NCBI GenBank assembly: GCA_046497275.1
Contig: JAWOFX010000108.1
Span: forward strand, 1-23,080
Direction of reading: 5' to 3'
From: Promethearchaeia archaeon
GTDB lineage: Archaea; Asgardarchaeota; Lokiarchaeia; Sigyniarchaeales; SOKP01
DNA: 23,080 nucleotides
The position numbers were made by a program, and so were the translations under genes. Of this stretch, positions 1 through 5,676 are shown in pieces. The notes under the pieces were generated by a model. That model was not told the origin of the DNA, did no database searches, and was given only the letters and a program-made list of their open reading frames with translations. The number at the start of each line of letters is the position of its first letter. The stretch's first letter is position 1.

Positions 1-136
1 TATAAAATATACAAAAATAAGGAATAAAAATGTTCACTCATATAAGAGAACTAAAGTTTGAAGGGAGATAAATAAATTTTTATTTTATAAATTTGGTTTA
101 ATCATATAAGTAAGTATAACTAAATGAGATTCGAAT

Positions 137-1150
137 ATGACGGTTGATAGAAAAAAATTAAGCGCCCTTTTAGAATGGTATCAAAAAGAAATAGGAGAGG
201 ATTTAATTGCTGCCATAATTGTAAATAGAGATGGATTAATTATGGATGCAATATCCGGACCAACAGGAAAATCAGTGGAAGAAGATGTTGTTGGTGGTTT
301 AAGTTCTTTAGTGGAACCCGTTCTTAATCGAATTACAAAAGAATTCAGTTCTGGAGACTTTGGAGCAGGAACCTTTGATACAGATGAATATAGATTAATT
401 TTTTGTGAAGCAGGTGAGCATGCTATTTTCGTGACAGTTTTAGATGCTTTAGCAATGATAGATCCCGTATTTCCTGTAGCTTATTTAAGTGCAGAAAAGG
501 TTTCACGCATTTTCGATGGACGCCCTGTAAGTCCAGTAATCCCAAAAATTATCACGGCCAATAAAGGGGGAGAAATAGAAAAAGAGGTAGATAAACTCCG
601 TAAGATTAAAGCTAAAGCGAAGGAATATGCCTTCAAATTGATTTTGGGAGGAGATGGCGCGGTAGGAAAGACTAGTATGGTACATCGATTCGTTCAGGAT
701 TCTTTTCAAAAAGATTACAAAGCAACTATTGGAACTTCGATTATGAAAAAAGAGTGTAATTTTGAAGGCTTAGAATCATCGGTGAGATTCATAATTTGGG
801 ATTTGGCTGGACAAAGTCAATTTCGCCGAATAAGAAAGTCATATTTAGCAAATGCTGAAGCAGGTATACTAGTCTATGATGTAACTCGAAATAAAACATA
901 TGAAAATGTGAAGAATTGGTACGAAGAGATTAAAGAGATTACTCCTAAAATATCCCTCATTTTGGTGGGAAATAAAATAGATTTGGAAGATCAGAGGGAA
1001 GTATCTCATGAAGAGGGTGAAAAACTAGCTAAAGAATTAGGAATCTCGTACATAGAAACTTCCGCAAAGACTGGTGAAAATATTGATGATGCCTTTAAAA
1101 TGCTTGCTTTGGAGATTATAAAAAGGTTTTTTACCGCGGAAGAGGTTTAG
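137..1150 (+). CDS. Roadblock/LC7-like domain fused N-terminally to a Rab-like small GTPase
   Basis: Residues ~1-127 show the roadblock pattern (helix, IAAIIVNRDGLIM strand pair, helix, strands TFDT/RLIFCEAG/AIFVTV, helix). The C-terminal G domain has G1 GDGAVGKT, G2 DYKATIG, G3 WDLAGQ, G4 GNKID and G5 ETSAK. No C-terminal prenylation Cys. Confidence 0.88.
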   Translation: MTVDRKKLSALLEWYQKEIGEDLIAAIIVNRDGLIMDAISGPTGKSVEEDVVGGLSSLVEPVLNRITKEFSSGDFGAGTFDTDEYRLIFCEAGEHAIFVTVLDALAMIDPVFPVAYLSAEKVSRIFDGRPVSPVIPKIITANKGGEIEKEVDKLRKIKAKAKEYAFKLILGGDGAVGKTSMVHRFVQDSFQKDYKATIGTSIMKKECNFEGLESSVRFIIWDLAGQSQFRRIRKSYLANAEAGILVYDVTRNKTYENVKNWYEEIKEITPKISLILVGNKIDLEDQREVSHEEGEKLAKELGISYIETSAKTGENIDDAFKMLALEIIKRFFTAEEV

Positions 1151-1155
1151 GTTAA

Positions 1156-1258
1156 AGCCTCTGGGGGGATATATTCAAATGGAAAGAAGGTTTCCACAAA
1201 TTGAACCCCCGACAAATAGATTACGAATCTATCACTCTACGACCTGAGTTACAGAGGC
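1156..1258 (-). tRNA. tRNA-Thr(CGU) with a 30-nt T-loop intron (58/59); CCA not encoded
   Basis: Reverse complement: acceptor GCCTCTG/CAGAGGC, discriminator U73, D-stem ACTC/GAGT, anticodon stem ATAGA/TCTAT with loop TT-CGT-AA, variable loop TTGTC, T-stem GGGGG/CCCCC. Removing 1171-1200 restores T-loop TTCAAAT. C2-G71 and U73 match archaeal Thr identity elements. Confidence 0.92.
1171..1200 (-). other. tRNA intron, 30 nt, relaxed bulge-helix-bulge/loop junction
   Basis: Sequence TTTGTGGAAACCTTCTTTCCATTTGAATAT. Central helix GTTC/GAAT, 3-nt bulges AAT and ATA, internal stem GTGGAAA/TTTCCAT with a 5-nt loop. Confidence 0.85.
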
Positions 1259-1398
1259 ATTGATTATTATATAGTTCTTAAAGATTCAAAAAGAACTAAT
1301 TCTTATAAATAAATATAAAATTTTAATTTTGTGGTCTATATAATTGAGTAATTTTTTCTGTAAAATAATCCAATCAATATAATTGATCCATTAAACTA

Positions 1399-2427
1399 AT
1401 GAAGTCTAAAAAACTTTTGAAGGATATAGGTGAGATGAATCTCATTAGCTATATCGAAGAACTAATTTATAAAAATTCTGAAAAAAAAGTACTTCGGGAT
1501 GACGCTTTTTTCTATTCCTTGGATAAACTAAAAGAAAAAACATCCAATAAGATTACTTTAGTTTCTAATTCTGATATGCTAGTGTCTACTACTGATGTTC
1601 CAGAGAAAATGGCATTTTTTCAGATCGGGCGAAAATCAATAATTATGAATTTGAGTGATTTAATTGTAAAGGGAGTGAAGCCATCTGGATTAATTTTATC
1701 ATTAGGATTACCTGATACTATGATTTTAAAGGATTTTGAAGAACTAATGAATGGGGTTATCTCCTATTCTAATCAATTTGATCTTAACTATATTGGTGGA
1801 GATTTGAATCAGACTCAAGAAATTATCATTAATCCTACAGTGTTTGGATTTGCTGAGAATTCAAAGATAATATATAGAAAAGGGATGAATATTGAAGATA
1901 TAATATGTATAAATGGACATTTTGGGTTAACAGGAGTGGGGTTTGATATCCTACTTCGACAAGAAGGGAATTATGATAGTTTTCCAAAATATAAGGATGC
2001 ATTAGATAGTGTTTTAAAACCCTCTGATCTGGGATTGGAAGGAATTACACTTTCACAACATAAATTAGCAACAGCAAGTATTGATTCCTCCGATGGGTTG
2101 TCAAAATCCTTAAGAGAATTGAAATTTTCAAACCCTCAAGTGGGGATTGAAATATCATTGGATAAAAATCTCATTCATCCTAAGGCAATTGAATATTCCG
2201 AGGAATTTGATATTCCTATAGAAAAGTTGGTTCTAGACGCAGGTGAAGAATTTATTCATATGTTTTCGTTAAACGCTTCAGATTTTCAGAAAGCAAAAAC
2301 ATTAATAGAAAAGGAGGGAGGATCTCTTTTTAAGATTGGTAATGTGATTTCTGAACCAGAGATCTTTATTCGTAAAGATAATAAAAAGAGTGTTTTAAAA
2401 AGTGAAGGATATGAGCATTTTAAATAA
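1399..2427 (+). CDS. thiL: Thiamine-monophosphate kinase
   Basis: N-terminal IGEMNLI, DDA, NLSDL, IGGD, DSSDGL and GEEF motifs of the ThiL/PurM-like kinase family; 342 aa. Confidence 0.88.
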   Translation: MKSKKLLKDIGEMNLISYIEELIYKNSEKKVLRDDAFFYSLDKLKEKTSNKITLVSNSDMLVSTTDVPEKMAFFQIGRKSIIMNLSDLIVKGVKPSGLILSLGLPDTMILKDFEELMNGVISYSNQFDLNYIGGDLNQTQEIIINPTVFGFAENSKIIYRKGMNIEDIICINGHFGLTGVGFDILLRQEGNYDSFPKYKDALDSVLKPSDLGLEGITLSQHKLATASIDSSDGLSKSLRELKFSNPQVGIEISLDKNLIHPKAIEYSEEFDIPIEKLVLDAGEEFIHMFSLNASDFQKAKTLIEKEGGSLFKIGNVISEPEIFIRKDNKKSVLKSEGYEHFK

Positions 2428-2561
2428 GAATTAAGGAAATGGACTTTTTAAGTATTTGTGGTTATATTTTGGACGTGCAAGCATATTCTATTTAAAGATT
2501 ATGGTTTTATCTCTGCTTTAAATAAAATTTTTATATTATTGTGGATTTTAACTCTTAAGTT

Positions 2562-2574
2562 CGAAATTTTAAAG
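2562..2574 (+). promoter_or_regulatory. BRE + TATA box of the tRNA-Lys gene
   Basis: CGAAAT-TTTAAAG about 40 nt upstream of the mature tRNA 5' end. The same CGAAAT-TT(T)A arrangement occurs upstream of the GNAT gene. Confidence 0.55.
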
Positions 2575-2610
2575 TGTGTAGAAATAAAAAAGAACTTCTT
2601 TAAACCTAAT

Positions 2611-2717
2611 GGGCTATTAGCGCAGGCAGGTAGCGCAGCAGGCTTTTAACCTGAAGGTCGGGGGTTCAATGCTCAAGAAAAATCTTCTTGAATGAACAAA
2701 TCCCCCATAGCCCGCCA
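2611..2717 (+). tRNA. tRNA-Lys(UUU) with a 30-nt T-loop intron (58/59); CCA encoded
   Basis: Acceptor GGGCTAT/ATAGCCC, G73 then CCA (2715-2717), D-stem GCGC/GCGC, anticodon arm GCAGG-CT-TTT-AA-CCTGA (G27.A43 mismatch), T-stem GGGGG/CCCCC. Removing 2670-2699 restores T-loop TTCAAAT. Confidence 0.95.
2670..2699 (+). other. tRNA intron, 30 nt, bulge-helix-bulge junction
   Basis: Sequence TGCTCAAGAAAAATCTTCTTGAATGAACAA. Central 4-bp helix GTTC(2664-2667)/GAAC(2694-2697), bulges AAT (2668-2670) and AAA (2698-2700), inner stem TCAAGAA/TTCTTGA with a 5-nt loop. Confidence 0.9.
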
Positions 2718-2764
2718 TTATATTTTGCTAGAGATTTAAAAAGCAATTTCACAATTATTTCTTT

Positions 2765-3292
2765 TTATAATTTATCTAATAAATGGTTTATTTCAAGCCA
2801 TCCATAAGCCACTAATGATCGAATAAATCCATGAAAATTATGTTTCTTTTCCAAGATCATTTGACCATTTAATTTTTCATAAAACATACGATAGGGGTTG
2901 TCTTTGAGTACCCATACGAGCATAGAATTTATATTCATATCTAATAGATGCTTGACAACTCTCTCAAATAATTTTGTTCCAATTCCTTTTCTTTGATAGT
3001 TTTTAGAAATATAAATCCCCCATAATTCTCCTTTATAGTCTGGATTGTTGTCTCTTTCCAATCCTCCAACAGCAAATCCAATTATTTGTTTAGTATCTAA
3101 TTCAGCAACAAATACCCTCGTTGTATCTTGCAAGTCTTCAAGCCATTTCTGATTTGCAACTACTTTTTCTTCATATGAACGGCTTTCCAAAAATTCTTCA
3201 GGAAATATGTCTTTATAAGCTTGTTTCCATGTATTTACTTGGATTTTAGCAATATCTAATGCATCAGAGCGACGTGCATCTCTAATAATCAT
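2765..3292 (-). CDS. GNAT family N-acetyltransferase (start more likely ATG 3292 than GTG 3316)
   Basis: IIRDARRSDA N-terminus, acetyl-CoA motif YQRKGIGTKL, LVWVLKDNPYRMFYEKL. The GTG at 3316 directly abuts a TATA box, whereas ATG 3292 lies 31 nt from the TATA start, consistent with a leaderless mRNA. Confidence 0.85.
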   Translation of the reverse strand: MIIRDARRSDALDIAKIQVNTWKQAYKDIFPEEFLESRSYEEKVVANQKWLEDLQDTTRVFVAELDTKQIIGFAVGGLERDNNPDYKGELWGIYISKNYQRKGIGTKLFERVVKHLLDMNINSMLVWVLKDNPYRMFYEKLNGQMILEKKHNFHGFIRSLVAYGWLEINHLLDKL

Positions 3293-3316
3293 ATTAATGT
3301 ATAATAATTCAATCAC

Positions 3317-3328
3317 TTATAAATTTCG
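3317..3328 (-). promoter_or_regulatory. BRE + TATA box of the GNAT gene
   Basis: Minus strand CGAAA-TTTATAA at the spacing expected for transcription starting at about 3292. Confidence 0.6.
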
Positions 3329-3525
3329 ATTTATGTGAAAGAATTAGACTCCCTCAGTTGAGATAAACTAAAACCGATTAAACATATTCTGAGATGTTTA
3401 TCTCCTTATCTTTTCTAATTTTAAATATGAATAAAATTGGATGATTTATAGTTTTTAAATAAAAAATATATTTTACTATGGTATACTATTCAAATATATA
3501 ATAGTTCTCAGTTACTAAGTAAATC

Positions 3526-4533
3526 ATGGCAGAATCAGAGTTTAAGCTTCCATCAGATGAACCAGAAGAAAAATTAGTAAAATCAGAGGATACTACAGAT
3601 CCAAACTATGGGAAGAACCCCGAAGAGAGAAGTATTAAAGAATTATTAGAATATGGAGTTATAAATCTAGATAAAGTAAGCGGTCCCACAAGTCATGAAG
3701 TAGTCTCTTGGATTAAAACAATGCTTGGGATAAAATCTGTTGGACATGGAGGAACCTTAGATCCAAAAGTGACAGGGATTTTACCAGTTGCATTGGGTAG
3801 GGCAACGAGAGTGTTATCTGCATTATTGAATTCTGGGAAAGAATACGTGTGTGTAATGTATCTTCATAATCCTGAACCTCAAAAAAAGATTGAGAAGATC
3901 TTGAATGTATTCACGGGTAAAATCTATCAGAGACCCCCTCTTAAATCTTCGGTAAGTAGAAAATTACGTATAAGAGAAATATATTATATTCAATTTTTAG
4001 AGATGAGAGAAAACTATGTTCTATTTCGCGTTGGATGCGAAGCAGGTACTTATATAAGAAAATTATGTTATGATTTGGGAGAGGCATTGTGTTCTGGTGC
4101 TCACATGGTTGAATTGAGAAGAACTAGAGTTGGATCTTTTAAGGAGGATAAATCTCTTGTTAGTCTTCAAAATCTTAAAGATGCTTTTACCATTTATCAA
4201 AAAGAGAATGATGATTTTTATTTAAAGAAAATTCTCCACCCTATGGAAAAGATGGTTAAACATTTACCAAAGATTTTTGTAAGGGATACTGCTGTAGATG
4301 CAGTTTGTCATGGAGCTGATTTAGCTGCTGCAGGAATCTGTAATATCGACGCACGAATAAAAAAAGGAATGAAAATAGCATTAATGACTCTTAAAAATGA
4401 ATTGATAGGGTTTGGTATAGCAGAAAAGAACGCAATGTCAATATATAAAGCTAAAAATGGAATAATGGTAAAAAGTGATAAAGTGTTTATGGAAAGAGGG
4501 ACGTATCCTCATTGGAAAGAGATAAAAGAATAA
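3526..4533 (+). CDS. cbf5: H/ACA RNA-guided / tRNA pseudouridine synthase Cbf5
   Basis: GVINLDKVSGPTSHEV, GHGGTLDPKVTG (catalytic Asp), GTYIRKLCYDLG, ELRRTRVG and a C-terminal PUA domain. Confidence 0.95.
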   Translation: MAESEFKLPSDEPEEKLVKSEDTTDPNYGKNPEERSIKELLEYGVINLDKVSGPTSHEVVSWIKTMLGIKSVGHGGTLDPKVTGILPVALGRATRVLSALLNSGKEYVCVMYLHNPEPQKKIEKILNVFTGKIYQRPPLKSSVSRKLRIREIYYIQFLEMRENYVLFRVGCEAGTYIRKLCYDLGEALCSGAHMVELRRTRVGSFKEDKSLVSLQNLKDAFTIYQKENDDFYLKKILHPMEKMVKHLPKIFVRDTAVDAVCHGADLAAAGICNIDARIKKGMKIALMTLKNELIGFGIAEKNAMSIYKAKNGIMVKSDKVFMERGTYPHWKEIKE

Positions 4534-4555
4534 CAATTCAAGGCTTATTGATTTT

Positions 4556-5188
4556 ATGGGAAAGGAAAAAGAGCATTACTCTTCACGATATCCTGAGGTT
4601 GATTTAAAAGTATATACAGTCTCAGAAAGTTTAAGACGTCATTTATATATTTTTAAAACAACTACCGGAGTATTTTCTTATAGAAAGATTGATTTAGGAA
4701 CTCAAGTTTTTATTGAAAATATGACTATTCCATCAGAAAAAAGCAAATTATTGGATCTTGGATGTGGATATGGGCCGATTGGAATAGTTCTTGGATATAA
4801 TTCTCCCGAAAGTGAAGTATATTTTATTGATAAGAATAGACGAGCAATTTGGTGTGTGAAAGAAAATATAAAAACTAATCTTCCCAATTCTCAAGATCGA
4901 TTGCATGTACTAACTGGAGACTATTTCAAAGCATTTAAGAACAAAAAACTACGATTCGACGGAGTATATATGAATCCTGCTCTCCGTGAAGGACGCGATG
5001 AGTTTTTAAATGTGGTGGCGAAAATTCCGAATTATTTAACTAAGAAAGGTTTTTTCGAATTTGTAATCAGAAAAAAAATGGGTGCCCCTTATATTTTAAA
5101 ATATTTCCAAAATAAATTTTCAGATCAAACAATTGAAGTAAAAGTGAAACGAAGTGGATATTGGGTATTTAGATGTTTTCAAAATTAA
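4556..5188 (+). CDS. Class I SAM-dependent methyltransferase, RsmC/MTS-like
   Basis: GVFSYRKIDLGT, motif I LLDLGCGYGPIG, acidic D at the end of beta2 (FIDKN), motif IV variant MNPALR. Confidence 0.82.
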   Translation: MGKEKEHYSSRYPEVDLKVYTVSESLRRHLYIFKTTTGVFSYRKIDLGTQVFIENMTIPSEKSKLLDLGCGYGPIGIVLGYNSPESEVYFIDKNRRAIWCVKENIKTNLPNSQDRLHVLTGDYFKAFKNKKLRFDGVYMNPALREGRDEFLNVVAKIPNYLTKKGFFEFVIRKKMGAPYILKYFQNKFSDQTIEVKVKRSGYWVFRCFQN

Positions 5189-5371
5189 ACTATTTTCGAT
5201 AAATTGTCTCATAATCCAAATTTGGAAAAAGGAAATAAGATATCTGTAGTTTCTTTCTTAATTTAGTAGAAAATTTCTAAAATAACCTTAGCTTCCAAAA
5301 AAAAAATGATAAAATTTTTTAGAAATTGTATACTCAATAAATTATAATTTAAAATATATGAGGATAATTCT

Positions 5372-5629
5372 TTGACTAAGAAAAAAAAAGTTGATGTCTT
5401 ACGACATTCACTTGTTCCTCGGCATAAACTTCTTACAAAATCAGAAACTGAGGAATTATTAGAAAAATATAAAATTCACTATACTGATCTCCCTCAAATG
5501 TTTGAAAAGGACCCAGTAGCAATCGCTATTGGAGCAAAAGAAGGAGATGTAGTGAAAATTATTCGCGAAAGCGATACATCTGTAAAGCAGGTTAATTATT
5601 ATAGGTACGTCAAAAAGGAGAAGAGTTAA
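5372..5629 (+). CDS. rpoH: DNA-directed RNA polymerase subunit H (Rpo5)
   Basis: HSLVPRH, LPQMFEKDPVA, GDVVKIIRES, YYRYV. TTG start with SD-like GAGGA 7 nt upstream. Confidence 0.95.
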   Translation: MTKKKKVDVLRHSLVPRHKLLTKSETEELLEKYKIHYTDLPQMFEKDPVAIAIGAKEGDVVKIIRESDTSVKQVNYYRYVKKEKS

Positions 5630-5676
5630 TTATTTCTTTTTATTTTAAACCTATTTAATGAAGGAAGGCTATAAAA

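Noticed and set aside
2458-2649. 63-aa ORF on the plus strand
   Set aside because: Runs through the tRNA-Lys promoter and 5' half; spurious.
2671-2700. Alternative intron placements (55/56-57/58, or 59/60 giving loop TTCAATT)
   Set aside because: Sequence alone allows them, but only 58/59 places both cuts after the second nucleotide of 3-nt bulges around a 4-bp helix, and it fits both tRNAs.
2700-3400. Possible integrated element at the tRNA-Lys 3' end carrying the GNAT gene
   Set aside because: No duplicated tRNA 3' end (att site), integrase or transposase was seen in the window.
3340-3410. Fluoride riboswitch or H/ACA guide RNA next to cbf5
   Set aside because: Only superficial resemblance; no conserved riboswitch core, K-turn or correctly placed ACA.
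5215-5279. Short palindromes TCCAAATTTGGA and TAGAAAATTTCTA upstream of rpoH
   Set aside because: Unrelated to each other and of a length expected by chance in AT-rich DNA.
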